64,000 nucleotides of DNA from NCBI GenBank assembly GCA_026413865.1, contig JAOAKB010000003.1, positions 32,480-96,479 of the forward strand, in the 5' to 3' direction. Below the pieces are notes generated by a model, which saw only the letters and a list, made by a program, of their open reading frames with translations, was not told the origin of the DNA and made no database searches. The stretch comes from Nitrososphaeria archaeon. GTDB taxonomy: Archaea > Thermoproteota > Nitrososphaeria > JACIWG01. Positions 18,087-28,435 of the stretch are shown in pieces (positions within the stretch are counted from its first letter, which is position 1; the number at the start of each line of letters is the position of its first letter). The position numbers were made by a program, and so were the translations under genes.

Positions 18087-19109
18087 TTGTATATGAAAAT
18101 CCAGGTTATAGGCTTAGGTAATGTTGGAAAAAGCTTGCTGGGACTTCTGTTAGAGGAGGAAAAGAAACTTAAAGCCAAAGGATTAGACCTAAGGATTGTA
18201 TCAATATCTGATTCTAAAGGAACAGCTGTAAATGAGAACGGTCTAGAATTGTCTGAAGTTCTCAGATATAAGGAACTTGGATGGCATAATTGTAACTATT
18301 ATTCGAAAGGATATTCTGCAATAGATGCCATAAAAAATATAAATAGTGACCTTGTTGTTGAGTTAACACCATCTACAATAGATGGTGAACCTGGGTTATC
18401 CCATATCAAAGAAGCTTTTGTACATAAAAAGCATGTTGTAACAGCTAATAAGGGTCCATTAGTTGTAGCATTTAAGCAGCTTAAAAATATGGCTTTAGAA
18501 AATAATGTTTATTTCCTGTATGAGGCAACCGTTGCAGCGCATGTGCCCATTTTTTGTCTTCTTTCCTCATGTTTTATAACTGATGAAATATTAAAGGTTG
18601 AGGGAATATTTAATGCTACAACAAACTTTATTATATGTGAAATGGAAAGAGGCTTTTCTTTTCAAGAAGCATTGGATAAGGCGATAAAAGCTGGTTGGGC
18701 TGAGACAAACTATGCAGATGATGTAGACGGTATAGATGCTGCCAGAAAAGTAGTTATATTGGCTAACACAATTTACGATCGCGATTTTAAATTAAATGAT
18801 GTAAAAATTGAAGGTATAAGAAATGTGGATCCATTAATAATGGAAGCAAAAAAACAAGGTAAGAGAGTAAAACTTTTATGTGAAATAATAAAGGAGCATG
18901 ATAATATTATTTTACAAGTTTCTCCCAAGATGATTTCCCAAGATAATCCATTTTCTACAGTAAACTACGGGGATATGTCAGTAAAATTTTACTTCAAAAA
19001 TTCTCAAGAAATATTCGTGTCAGCAAAATTTGTAAGCCCCCGTCAAACTGCACAAGCAGTGCTAAATGATATAGTTACAGTTGCTTTAAATAAAAAGTGT
19101 ACAGGCTGA
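18087..19109 (+). CDS. hom: homoserine dehydrogenase
   Basis: N-terminal VIGLGNVG NAD(P)-binding motif, VTANKGP catalytic-region motif, 340 aa. Confidence 0.7.
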   Translation: MYMKIQVIGLGNVGKSLLGLLLEEEKKLKAKGLDLRIVSISDSKGTAVNENGLELSEVLRYKELGWHNCNYYSKGYSAIDAIKNINSDLVVELTPSTIDGEPGLSHIKEAFVHKKHVVTANKGPLVVAFKQLKNMALENNVYFLYEATVAAHVPIFCLLSSCFITDEILKVEGIFNATTNFIICEMERGFSFQEALDKAIKAGWAETNYADDVDGIDAARKVVILANTIYDRDFKLNDVKIEGIRNVDPLIMEAKKQGKRVKLLCEIIKEHDNIILQVSPKMISQDNPFSTVNYGDMSVKFYFKNSQEIFVSAKFVSPRQTAQAVLNDIVTVALNKKCTG

Positions 19110-19145
19110 ATAATAGTATATACTCAGTTTAATTTAATTAATTTA

Positions 19146-19221
19146 CGGGCTCGGTGGGACTTGAACCCACGATCTTCGGCTCCGAAGGCCGATGCCTTAG
19201 TCCATTCTAGGCCACGAGCCC
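19146..19221 (-). tRNA. tRNA-Arg(TCG)
   Basis: Reverse complement: acceptor GGGCTCG/CGAGCCC, D-stem GCCT/AGGC, anticodon stem TCGGC/GCCGA, loop CTTCGGA, T-arm GTGGG-TTCAAGT-CCCAC, discriminator G. Confidence 0.75.
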
Positions 19222-19243
19222 AATTCCTCTTATTACAATTTTG

Positions 19244-20266
19244 TTAAGAAAAAAGCTTACTTATACTTTTTTCGAAGGGTGGATGGATTATTCCTTTTTC
19301 GGTTATTATTGCATTAATAAGATTTGGAGGTGTTTTGTCAAAAACTGGATTATATACTTTTACACCTTTAGCTACAATTCTCTTTCTCCCAACAAATACT
19401 ATTTCATTTGCATCCCTTTCTTCTATAACTACCCTATTATGTTCTATATTAATGTCGAAGGTTGATGTCGGTGCTGCAACATAAAATGGCAAATTATGTT
19501 CTTTAGCTAATAATGCAATCTGATATGTTCCAATCTTATTAAATACGTACCCCTCCTTAGTTATCCTATCAGCGCCAACGATCACCTTATCAACCATTCC
19601 CTTAGACATTACATATCCAACAGCCGTATCAGAAATAACTGTGACAGGTATCTTTTCATTTAAAAGTTCCCATGCTGTTAGTCTTGCTCCCTGTTGAGCT
19701 GGTCTTGTTTCTGTAGCTATAACATACAGACATTTTCCTTTTTTCTGTGCTATCCTTATCGGAGCTAGTGCAGTACCATATGCTATTGTAGCAAGTTCTC
19801 CTGCATTACAATGTGTTAAAATTGTGTCACCATCATTTAAAAGTGTTTCACCATATTCTCCAATTCTCCTACTATTTTCTATCTCTCTTTCCATTAACTC
19901 TTGCGCTGTTTCTATTGCCACCTTCCGCATGTCCTCTATATGGTTACATTCACTTATTTTTTCGCAAACAAATTTTACACAGTACTGTAGATTATATGCA
20001 GTCGGTCTACTTTCTAGAATATATTTGGCCCCTTCCTCTATTTTCTTTAAAAATTCTTTTCTATCGTCTGTCTTTATTTCTTGAGCTAGAACTGCTATTG
20101 CAAAAGCTCCCACTATACCTATCAATGGTGCCCCTCTTACTTTCATTTCAACAATCGCTTTATGGAATTCCTCAAGATTTTTAAGGAAAATATATTTAAC
20201 TTTTCCAGGTAGTTTTCTCTGATCTATTATTTTTAAACATTCTCCTGTCCACTTTATATGTTTCAT
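19244..20266 (-). CDS. e2b2-family isomerase (methylthioribose-1-phosphate isomerase MtnA / ribose-1,5-bisphosphate isomerase-like)
   Basis: N-terminus LKIIDQRKLP...EMKVRGAPLIGIVGAFAIA matches the MtnA/eIF-2B-like family. 340 aa. Confidence 0.65.
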   Translation of the reverse strand: MKHIKWTGECLKIIDQRKLPGKVKYIFLKNLEEFHKAIVEMKVRGAPLIGIVGAFAIAVLAQEIKTDDRKEFLKKIEEGAKYILESRPTAYNLQYCVKFVCEKISECNHIEDMRKVAIETAQELMEREIENSRRIGEYGETLLNDGDTILTHCNAGELATIAYGTALAPIRIAQKKGKCLYVIATETRPAQQGARLTAWELLNEKIPVTVISDTAVGYVMSKGMVDKVIVGADRITKEGYVFNKIGTYQIALLAKEHNLPFYVAAPTSTFDINIEHNRVVIEERDANEIVFVGRKRIVAKGVKVYNPVFDKTPPNLINAIITEKGIIHPPFEKSISKLFS

Positions 20267-20323
20267 CCTTTCCCAGCAGCATCTTTTTTAAGCCTTTGAT
20301 TTAAACCTAAAGTCGGAATAAAA

Positions 20324-21304
20324 TTGCTGCAACTAACATATTTCCTTTTTCCCATAGTATCTTTTATAATCACTTTTTTTGCTATAAAATGGCTTATTCC
20401 TTTCCTCTCTAAAAGGAATATGTTAGTTATTGATTTCCATAAAAAGGGTAGTAGTATGATTCCCAAACCCGCTGGACCCGCTATTTTTGTTGGTCTTGTT
20501 TTCCCAATGATATCACTTTATCTTCTGACTTTAGATTTAAAGTATCTTGCAATCTTCTTAGTTACATCAATAGTTTTCATAATTGGGCTAGTTGATGATT
20601 TAAGAATATTAAGTGGATTTTTGAAAATGGCATTAACTATTTTAGGCTCTATTCCTATATTGATTTTTGGGACGTATACTCCTTCCATAGTACTTCCATT
20701 TATTGGTTCAACTAGATTAACAATTGTTTACCCTCTAATGGTGCTTATTACAATTCCTGTTGTTGCAAATGCAATAAACATGATTGATGTATACAATGGT
20801 ACACTTAGTGGAGCTTGCACAATTTTAGCATTTTCACAATTTATTATAACATTAATATCTGGAAATTTTGGTGATCTTGTTTTTCCTCTAACCCTTTTTA
20901 TGGTGTCTCTTGCATTTTATATTTTTAACAAATATCCATCAAGAATTTTTGCTGGAGATTCTGGGAGTCTTATTTTAGGCGCATTCTTCGGTGCAAGTAC
21001 GATAATATCTAGAACAGAAATTCCATCACTAATCGCTTTTCTTCCAGCCATATTAAATGGATTTTATATACTTGCAAGCATAAAGGGATTTGTTGAACAT
21101 AGACAAATAAAAGAAAGGCCTATCATATTAAATGAAAATGGATTGCTTGAGGTTTCTAAAAGTAGACACGCTCCAATAACTCTAGCAAGACTTATTGTTG
21201 CAGACGGTCCTATGTCAGAATACATCGCTGCTAGACGCATTTTATTTCTTTTTGCATATAGCTCACTTTTGGCTATCATAACTTCATTGTTAATGAGATG
21301 GTGA
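20324..21304 (+). CDS. aglH: polyprenyl-phosphate N-acetylhexosamine-1-phosphate transferase (MraY/WecA/AglH family, GT4)
   Basis: Multi-TM protein with DFHKKGSSMIPKPAGPAIFVG, NAINMIDVYNG and IFAGDSGSLILGAF motifs. Confidence 0.6.
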   Translation: MLQLTYFLFPIVSFIITFFAIKWLIPFLSKRNMLVIDFHKKGSSMIPKPAGPAIFVGLVFPMISLYLLTLDLKYLAIFLVTSIVFIIGLVDDLRILSGFLKMALTILGSIPILIFGTYTPSIVLPFIGSTRLTIVYPLMVLITIPVVANAINMIDVYNGTLSGACTILAFSQFIITLISGNFGDLVFPLTLFMVSLAFYIFNKYPSRIFAGDSGSLILGAFFGASTIISRTEIPSLIAFLPAILNGFYILASIKGFVEHRQIKERPIILNENGLLEVSKSRHAPITLARLIVADGPMSEYIAARRILFLFAYSSLLAIITSLLMRW

Positions 21305-21307
21305 AAG

Positions 21308-21544
21308 TTGAATAATCTTATAAGATTAATTCTTTTAATAACATTTTCATGGATTACATTTCTTTTTATGTCTTATATTATTCTCATAGTTATTGTACCA
21401 TTTCCAATTCCATCAAACACTTTTCTTGACAGAGTTTTAGTTGGAATAATAAAAGTCGTATTTTCAGCAATTCTTTTCCTTTTATGGCTTTTATTATTAC
21501 TTATATTAAGAAACTATATTGCGATTAAAAGCATTTTCAAATAA
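21308..21544 (+). CDS. hypothetical small membrane protein
   Basis: 78 aa, two predicted TM helices; ORF only. Confidence 0.3.
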   Translation: MNNLIRLILLITFSWITFLFMSYIILIVIVPFPIPSNTFLDRVLVGIIKVVFSAILFLLWLLLLLILRNYIAIKSIFK

Positions 21545-22031
21545 TGTTTTCCTCCCATCTCTTTTTCTTATTTTCATATAAACTTCTATCATATATTGGT
21601 TTTGCAGGATTTCCTAAAACAACTGTATTTGGTTGAACATCACGTGTAACAACTGATCCCATTGCGACCACACAAGCTTTTCCCAGTTTCACTCCTGCTT
21701 TAATAACTGCACGTGCACCAATTACAACGTCATCCTCTACAATCACACCAGTTAATCGTTTACTTGGGGGATATGGGTCATTTGTGAAGACTGTCGCAGG
21801 TCCTATAAAAACATTATTTCCTATTACAGTTAAAGGTGGTATATAACATGAACCTTCTATTCTCACATTATTTCCAATTTTAACATTATAATCTATGTGA
21901 CAAAGCGAACCTATTACAACATTATCCCCTATAACTGTATTATCTCCAATATAGGTAAAATGCCATATTCTCACATTATTTCCAATTTTAACATTTTTGC
22001 CAACATAATTTATAGGTTTATTTGTTTTCAT
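21537..22031 (-). CDS. hexapeptide-repeat (left-handed beta-helix) acyl/acetyltransferase, sugar N-acetyltransferase-like
   Basis: Tandem [LIV]G-x-x-x-x hexapeptide repeats (IGNNVRI, IGDNVVIG, IGNNVFIG). Confidence 0.65.
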   Translation of the reverse strand: MKTNKPINYVGKNVKIGNNVRIWHFTYIGDNTVIGDNVVIGSLCHIDYNVKIGNNVRIEGSCYIPPLTVIGNNVFIGPATVFTNDPYPPSKRLTGVIVEDDVVIGARAVIKAGVKLGKACVVAMGSVVTRDVQPNTVVLGNPAKPIYDRSLYENKKKRWEENII

Positions 22032-22047
22032 ACTCTACCCCTAATCC

Positions 22048-22992
22048 CTATTTTTCTAAGTGAATAAATATTGCTGAACCAAGTTTGTTAGATGCTAGTG
22101 CAGCATGCGCTATTTTAGTCGCTTTAACTCCATCTTCTCCACGAACTTCGGGGCTTTTTCCATCTTTTATACATTCTATAAAATGCTTTAATTCTAATAG
22201 AAGAGGTTCTTCATATTTTGTTCTTGGAATATCTGTTTTATCCTCTAAATCTATTTTTATTTCCTGTGTAATAAAATTTAAGGATATTGTCCCATTCTCG
22301 CCTACAATCTCCAACTCTCTTACCTTTCTTGGAGTTATCCAATTAGATATTATAAGAGATGTCCTTTCTTTTGAAAAGCCCAAAACTAGGGCCGCAACTC
22401 TCTCATGTTTTGTCCCAAAGGCACCCATTCTAGCGAAGACCATAGAAGGTTCCTCTTCAAAAAACCATCTTGACAAGTCTATGTCATGTATAGCCGTATC
22501 TAGAATTACGCCTACATCAATAATGTGTACTGGCCATCGATTTTCTCTTGTAAAAAGAAGATATAGTGGTGCGCCAATAGTTCCTTCTGCAACAAGCTTT
22601 TTAACTTCTCTCATTGCAGGATTGAATCGTTCAATGAATCCAACAGTTAAGATAACATTTTTTTCTTTAGCCATTTTAACAAGTTTTTCTCCTTCTTCAA
22701 TTTCATATGTAAATGGTTTTTCAACCATAACATTAAGTCCTTTTTCAATAGATTTTAATGCAATTTCGTAATGGGTTTTCGTTGGTGTACTAACAATCAC
22801 GCCATCTAATTCATGTTCTAAAAACTTATCTAGGTCAGTATAGCCATAAACTTGATATTTTATAGAATATTCTTTAACTCTTTCTTCATTCACATCACAT
22901 ATTGCTTCTAAGGCTTTAAGCTCATTTAGTACTCTAACATGATTTTTGCCCCATCCTCCTACTCCTATTACACCTATCTTTACATTAGACAA
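22048..22992 (-). CDS. Gfo/Idh/MocA-family NAD(P)-dependent oxidoreductase (sugar-nucleotide 3-dehydrogenase-like)
   Basis: N-terminal Rossmann VKIGVIGVGGWGKNH and EKP motif. Confidence 0.7.
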   Translation of the reverse strand: MSNVKIGVIGVGGWGKNHVRVLNELKALEAICDVNEERVKEYSIKYQVYGYTDLDKFLEHELDGVIVSTPTKTHYEIALKSIEKGLNVMVEKPFTYEIEEGEKLVKMAKEKNVILTVGFIERFNPAMREVKKLVAEGTIGAPLYLLFTRENRWPVHIIDVGVILDTAIHDIDLSRWFFEEEPSMVFARMGAFGTKHERVAALVLGFSKERTSLIISNWITPRKVRELEIVGENGTISLNFITQEIKIDLEDKTDIPRTKYEEPLLLELKHFIECIKDGKSPEVRGEDGVKATKIAHAALASNKLGSAIFIHLEK

Positions 22993-22993
22993 C

Positions 22994-24115
22994 TTACTCT
23001 AACCTAGATGGTGGTAAAGTGGCTTTAATAACTATAACTTTATCTCTATTCTGTATGGACTGACGTTCTAAAACTTTAAAATCTTTTTCTGAACAAGCCA
23101 CCGTAATGCACATGTTTCTAATATAGGGTGTTAAAAGTTTCTTGTGAACTAGTTGTTCTGAAGATAATAGTTGAACATCGGGGAAAATATCTTGTAACAT
23201 TAGTAAAAACTTATTACTAGCTTCGTCAAAATCTGGTCTAACATGATAGCTACTTTTACTCCATAGAACAATAACTCTAACCCTACTAGGTTTAAGTTTT
23301 TTTTCTTTGATTATATTTTTTATATAATTTACTAAATTCTTAGGATAGCTTTCAATATTTCGTAAAAGGGTGCCTGAAAAGCTTTTTAATGATGTCCCCC
23401 TTTTAGTTGTATAATATATTAACTTTAAATCAGTATAGTACGAAAAAATATCGTTAAAATAGTATTGTATTTCGGATGATATATCTTTATCCGAAAGTGT
23501 TATCATTTGAGTTGTATACCCTGAAATCTTCTCTAACACCATTAAACTAAATTTTCTTTCAGCTTTTTCTAAAGTTAATGAACTTATATTAACATTTGTA
23601 AGTTCTTTCAAGAATTTTATTCCCTCTTCTATATTGCCTATTGTTCCAGCATAATTTGTATCTGTCCCAAAAAATGGTGGTAGAAAGATGATGCCTAATT
23701 CGTTTTCCTTTAGTCCAGAATAGTCATAAACTACTTTAGCTATTCTTTCTTGCCCATTTTCGCCTAAAGGTATCCAAAAAAATATTATACTATTTTTTAC
23801 AATTTTTTGAGACACTTCTTTTAACATTTTTTCATAGTAACTTTGTATCTCTTCTATTTCGCATCTAATTTTTGGACAAAATAGAAGGTATTTTGTATTA
23901 GCTATTACTTCATCTAAAGATGTTATTTCCGCTAAGTTTTCTTCTTCAAAAAATTCGTCAACACTTTTATAATTTAAAATTTTTTTGCTAAACTTTATTG
24001 GAGAATTTAATTTCTCGTCTACTACTGAAGTTATGTACCCTTTTTCTAAAGCCTTTAATGCTATCTCATATCCCTCTGTACTTAAACCATATACTGTAAA
24101 ACCAGTCTTTTCCAT
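22994..24115 (-). CDS. hypothetical protein, distantly nucleotide-sugar dehydrogenase-like with a degenerate dinucleotide-binding motif
   Basis: N-terminus FTVYGLSTEGYEIALKALEKGY...VVD parallels UDP-glucose/ManNAc dehydrogenases, but GxGxxG is replaced and no catalytic Cys motif is visible. Sits between a MocA oxidoreductase and a DUF354 gene. Confidence 0.3.
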   Translation of the reverse strand: MEKTGFTVYGLSTEGYEIALKALEKGYITSVVDEKLNSPIKFSKKILNYKSVDEFFEEENLAEITSLDEVIANTKYLLFCPKIRCEIEEIQSYYEKMLKEVSQKIVKNSIIFFWIPLGENGQERIAKVVYDYSGLKENELGIIFLPPFFGTDTNYAGTIGNIEEGIKFLKELTNVNISSLTLEKAERKFSLMVLEKISGYTTQMITLSDKDISSEIQYYFNDIFSYYTDLKLIYYTTKRGTSLKSFSGTLLRNIESYPKNLVNYIKNIIKEKKLKPSRVRVIVLWSKSSYHVRPDFDEASNKFLLMLQDIFPDVQLLSSEQLVHKKLLTPYIRNMCITVACSEKDFKVLERQSIQNRDKVIVIKATLPPSRLE

Positions 24116-24163
24116 GGCATCAACAAATTTAAAAACCTAAGCTATTATAGTTTTGTGTAAAGT

Positions 24164-25225
24164 ATGAAAATTTGGATTGACGTACTTACTCCAAAACAGG
24201 CGTTGTTTTTTAATGTAATAAGTCATTGGTTAAAGGAAAGAGGGCATGATGTTTTCTCAACAACCAGATCTGGCTATGGTGGTTTTGAGATTGGCTCAAT
24301 AATTGGATATAAGCTTGTTGTGGTTGGTAAGCATGGTTTAACACCCTATGAAAAGCTTGTTGAAAGCTCTAAAAGAATTGCGCTTCTAGCAGATATTGTT
24401 AAAGGAGAAAGGTTTGATTTGTCTATTTCATTTTCTTCGCCAGAATGTGCTCGTGTTTCTTATGGAATGGGTGTACCCCATATAATGTTTAGCGACAGTC
24501 CTCACGCGATTCATGCTTCCAAATTAGCTGTCCCCCTTTCGAAGCTTCTTTTCACACCATGGATAATTCCAAAAAAATATTGGACATGCTATGGAATAGC
24601 AAGAGAAAATATAGTAAAATATAAATGTATTGATGCAGCAATATGGCTAAAAAGCTGGAAGTTTAGGGATGTTAGAGACGAATTAAATCTGGAAAAAAAG
24701 ATAACAATTACTATTAGGATGCATGAGGAGTATGCTTCATATCTTTTAGGTGGAAGCAAAATAAATGTGTTTGAGGTGCTGAAAAATGTTGTGAAAGAGT
24801 TTCAGGATAAGGCTAACATAATAGTATTAGCCCGCTATCCAAATCAGTTCTATTATATTAAGCAAGAGCTTGATGGGAAAATAATCTTGCCTGAACATGC
24901 TGTTGAGGGGCCTAGTCTGTTAAAATGTTCTGATGCTTTTATAGGTTTTGGTGGTACTATGACTCATGAAGCTGTTCTATTAGGTGTCCCATCCATATCT
25001 TTGTTCCCGGGAAAGCCTACATTAATAGAAGATTTTCTAATAAAGAAAGGGTTTGTGATAAGGCCTAAAAATCCGAATCATGTAATAAAAGTAATAAGAC
25101 ATTTCCTCAATAATAGAGAAAATAGGATAAGGTATGAAAAGAAAATTAAATCATTTTGGAAGTTTATGGAAGACCCGAAAGAAAAAATAGTTTCTAAAAT
25201 AGAATCTTTTGGAGAAAAAGTTTAA
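24164..25225 (+). CDS. DUF354-family protein (GT-B-like, sugar-cluster associated)
   Basis: Characteristic N-terminus MKIWIDVLTPKQALFF. About 350 aa. Confidence 0.5.
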   Translation: MKIWIDVLTPKQALFFNVISHWLKERGHDVFSTTRSGYGGFEIGSIIGYKLVVVGKHGLTPYEKLVESSKRIALLADIVKGERFDLSISFSSPECARVSYGMGVPHIMFSDSPHAIHASKLAVPLSKLLFTPWIIPKKYWTCYGIARENIVKYKCIDAAIWLKSWKFRDVRDELNLEKKITITIRMHEEYASYLLGGSKINVFEVLKNVVKEFQDKANIIVLARYPNQFYYIKQELDGKIILPEHAVEGPSLLKCSDAFIGFGGTMTHEAVLLGVPSISLFPGKPTLIEDFLIKKGFVIRPKNPNHVIKVIRHFLNNRENRIRYEKKIKSFWKFMEDPKEKIVSKIESFGEKV

Positions 25226-25251
25226 ACCATCTGATTTCTATGGGAATAGAC

Positions 25252-25324
25252 AGCCCGGTGGTGTAGCGGTCAAGCATAGCGGGCTTTGGACCCGCCGACG
25301 AGAGTTCGAATCTCTCCCGGGCTA
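25252..25324 (+). tRNA. tRNA-Gln(TTG)
   Basis: A1-U72 acceptor AGCCCGG/CCGGGCT typical of archaeal tRNA-Gln, anticodon stem GCGGG/CCCGC, loop CTTTGGA, T-arm GAGAG-TTCGAAT-CTCTC, discriminator A. Confidence 0.75.
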
Positions 25325-25480
25325 TCAACAAAACTTAGTTCTCAACAAAATTAGAAAACCAACCAATAATTGGATAGAAAGAAAAATTTTCTTTTCTAAG
25401 TAAGGTAAAGGCCACTATCTATCCGAAAAGTGAATATAATCTTACAGTAATCTAAGAAATAAAAAATATTATCATTATTC

Positions 25481-26761
25481 TTAATTCATTAATGTTTCAA
25501 GTTTTTCGAAGATTTTAGTATATTCTACCTTCTCCTCGTCCCCTGTTTTCAAATTTTTTATTATGCATCTGTTTTCCAAATCCTCTCTTGGAGCCAAAAT
25601 TATTACATAATCACTATATTTTGATGCACAAGCCAGTTGCTTTTTCAATTCTCTTGAATACATGTCAGTTTCCGCAGGATAACCTCTTTTCCTAAGTTCT
25701 GTAACGATTCTTTGTGCCTTATTTTTTAATTCTAATGTTACAAATGCAACAAAAACTCTTCTTTTCTTCTTTATCTTAATCTTCCCTCTCTCCTCTAGTG
25801 CCATAAGTATTCTTTCTATGCCACCAGCAGCTCCTGTTGCTGAAAGGTCTTTTCTACCAAAAACTTGCATTAGCTTATCATATCTACCACCACCGGCTAT
25901 TGCTAACCTAGGCAATGTAGGGTCATAAAATTCATAAACAATCCCACTATAATAGTCTATTCCTCTTACTATGCCTAAATTTATACGGAAATCTTTTATT
26001 CCCCTAATTTCGAGTTCTTCGACAACTTTTTTTAAATCTTCAACTCTCTTTAAACCTTTTTTTTCCAATTCTGTTAAAATGTCTTCTGTTTTTCCAGATA
26101 TTTTTGCCAATTCTAACACATCCTCTATAACTTTCCTCTGGAAGCCTTTTGAAACATATTCTGAGATTATTTCTTCTTCATTCTTTTTTGTTGTTTTATC
26201 TAGAAGTCTTAGTAATTCATTTACTGCACTTTCTTCTTTAACTTCTATCACATCTACAATATATTCTTCTACAACCTTTCTATCATTTAATTCAACTTTA
26301 ATATTTTCTAATCCAATTTTTTCAAAGTATACTTTTGCTAATTCTATTATTTCTGAATCAGATTCTGCACATGGTTTTCCATATATTTCTGCATCCCATT
26401 GATAAAACCATCTGTATCTACCGCGTTGTGGTTCATCATATCTCCAAACACTTGAAAATGCTCCCACCTTTACAGGATACTCTAAATCTCTTCTACTGCA
26501 CACGTATCTACTTATTCCAACAGTTAAATCAAATCTTAGCCCAAGTTCCCTTCCTGCCTTATCTTTTAAAAAATATATTTCATCAATTATAGAAGGTCCA
26601 CTTTTTGCTTTAAGTATATCTAATAGTTCTAGAGTTGAAGGTTCCATCTTCTTGAATCCAAAAAGGTCAAGTGTTTCCATAAATTTTTCTCTCAGCCATT
26701 CCATTTTATCAAATTCTTCAGGCTCTATGTCACGCAATCCCCTTGGTGTCTCAAGCTTCAA
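25481..26761 (-). CDS. hisS: histidine--tRNA ligase
   Basis: Class II aaRS motifs including GGGRYD. 426 aa. Confidence 0.85.
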   Translation of the reverse strand: MKLETPRGLRDIEPEEFDKMEWLREKFMETLDLFGFKKMEPSTLELLDILKAKSGPSIIDEIYFLKDKAGRELGLRFDLTVGISRYVCSRRDLEYPVKVGAFSSVWRYDEPQRGRYRWFYQWDAEIYGKPCAESDSEIIELAKVYFEKIGLENIKVELNDRKVVEEYIVDVIEVKEESAVNELLRLLDKTTKKNEEEIISEYVSKGFQRKVIEDVLELAKISGKTEDILTELEKKGLKRVEDLKKVVEELEIRGIKDFRINLGIVRGIDYYSGIVYEFYDPTLPRLAIAGGGRYDKLMQVFGRKDLSATGAAGGIERILMALEERGKIKIKKKRRVFVAFVTLELKNKAQRIVTELRKRGYPAETDMYSRELKKQLACASKYSDYVIILAPREDLENRCIIKNLKTGDEEKVEYTKIFEKLETLMN

Positions 26762-27750
26762 CTTCTCTCACTTTTTAATTCCTCAATTTCAGATATAAGT
26801 GCCGTTAATTGTATTTCTGGATTTGCACCTTGTACTAGCCTATAATCGTATTCTGCTAGAATTTTTGCAGCTTTACCATGATCAATTCTTTTATCCCTCA
26901 ATAATATTGTACCTAAGATTCTTAGTATTTCGTTTTCTGAAACGCCATTAATATTTAGCATTTCAACTAAAATTTTTCTTGCTTCATTAAAATTTCCGTT
27001 TAATGCATGTTCTACCATTTCCTTAACCTTTGCTTCACCCATTAAGCCAGCTTGTTTTATCACGCTTTCTTTTGTAAGTCTTCCTTTGTTTACTGAAGCT
27101 TGCAAAAGGTTTATGGTATATCTTAAATCCCCACTTGTTATTTCATATAAAAGTTCAAGTGCTTCTTCTTCGAATTCAACTTTTTCATTTCTGCATATCC
27201 TTTTAATGTGTTCAATGACATCTTCCTTGCTTAAGCTCTGAAATCTAAAAATTGCGCATCTGCTCTGTATTGGTTCAATTATTTGGGAAGAGTAGTTGCA
27301 TATTAGAATAAATCTTGTATATTTTGAACTTTCTTCCATTATTCTTCTTAAAGCAGTTTGAGCATCATGTGTCATCTCATCAGCTTCATCTAAGATTATA
27401 AGCCTAAATGGTATATCTACACTTCTATCTACATATCCTGCAAAGGTCTTTATCCTCTCTCTTACTGTCTTTATTCCTCTTTCATCTGAAGCATTTAGTT
27501 CGAGTGTATAGTTCCTCCAACCTTCTCCAAGCAGTTTTCTTGCAATTATTAAAGCAACTGTTGTTTTCCCCGTTCCCGGAGGGCCGGCAAAAAGCATATG
27601 AGGCATTTCATGAGGTCTTTGGATAAGTAACTTTATTCTTTCTATAACCTCACGTTGGTTTACTACCTCATCTAGTTCTTTAGGCCTATACTTTTCAACC
27701 CACATTAATTCCTCCATACTCATGTTTGACACTCTACCAATCAAATCCAA
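26758..27750 (-). CDS. rfcS: replication factor C small subunit
   Basis: WVEKYRPK box, GPPGTGKTT Walker A, LDEADEM Walker B. Stop overlaps the hisS start by 4 nt. True start probably Met10 or Met12 (MSMEEL). Confidence 0.85.
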   Translation of the reverse strand: MDLIGRVSNMSMEELMWVEKYRPKELDEVVNQREVIERIKLLIQRPHEMPHMLFAGPPGTGKTTVALIIARKLLGEGWRNYTLELNASDERGIKTVRERIKTFAGYVDRSVDIPFRLIILDEADEMTHDAQTALRRIMEESSKYTRFILICNYSSQIIEPIQSRCAIFRFQSLSKEDVIEHIKRICRNEKVEFEEEALELLYEITSGDLRYTINLLQASVNKGRLTKESVIKQAGLMGEAKVKEMVEHALNGNFNEARKILVEMLNINGVSENEILRILGTILLRDKRIDHGKAAKILAEYDYRLVQGANPEIQLTALISEIEELKSERS

Positions 27751-27877
27751 TAGATATAAGTATAAATAATTGACTAGTTTAGTTAAAAAGACATTTTTAA
27801 GAAACTAATGTAAATTGTCTGGATATCAATTAAAGTTTTTAACCTTTGATATATTGTTTATAGGGTGGTTGTAAACC

Positions 27878-28435
27878 TTGTATACTACAATTGAAGAGGT
27901 AATTGAAATAAGAAGATTAGGGTACAAACTTACTCCTGTTAAGGTACAGTTTAAATCTTCAGTTCAAAACCTAAAATTTGGTGATTTTCATGCAGATACT
28001 ATTTTAGAAGGTTCAATAATGTCAGTACCTTTTTGGGTTGCAAAGGTTCTTGAAAAAAATGGTTTTGTGGAAATTCAAAGTGAAGGTTTTGAGGAAGAAT
28101 TCTATAAAAGCGTTGCTAAAGAAAAGCTTTTAAAAGATTCATTAAATCTTTCTCAACTTTCAGAAAACTTTTATCTTGTTATTATTGACTTTTTAGATAA
28201 AAAGCGCTCTATTCCCGCAACAGATATAATGGCAAGAAGTGAATATTTAAAAATATATAATGATGCCCAAGATTTAATTAGTATTAGGATAAGAAAACTC
28301 CTACATTATGCTCGTCCCTATTCAGATGTAAGTGATGTACTTCCAAAATTAACTCTTGAGGAACAAACTCTTTTGAAAATGTTACAAAAAAATGTTAGAG
28401 AGTTTGTTTCAAAAATATTGGGGGTTGAAAAATAA
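27878..28435 (+). CDS. gins23: GINS subunit (Gins23-like)
   Basis: 185 aa, beta-rich N-terminal domain and helical C-terminal domain. Sits immediately upstream of mcm, as the Sulfolobus gins23-mcm arrangement does. TTG start as in the ORF track; N-terminus uncertain. Confidence 0.45.
   Translation: MYTTIEEVIEIRRLGYKLTPVKVQFKSSVQNLKFGDFHADTILEGSIMSVPFWVAKVLEKNGFVEIQSEGFEEEFYKSVAKEKLLKDSLNLSQLSENFYLVIIDFLDKKRSIPATDIMARSEYLKIYNDAQDLISIRIRKLLHYARPYSDVSDVLPKLTLEEQTLLKMLQKNVREFVSKILGVEK

Noticed and set aside
19241-19465. 74-aa plus-strand ORF
   Set aside because: Lies antisense within the e2b2/MtnA-like gene. Aromatic-rich low-complexity translation.
25209-25403. 64-aa ORF
   Set aside because: Its body is the tRNA-Gln gene read as protein.
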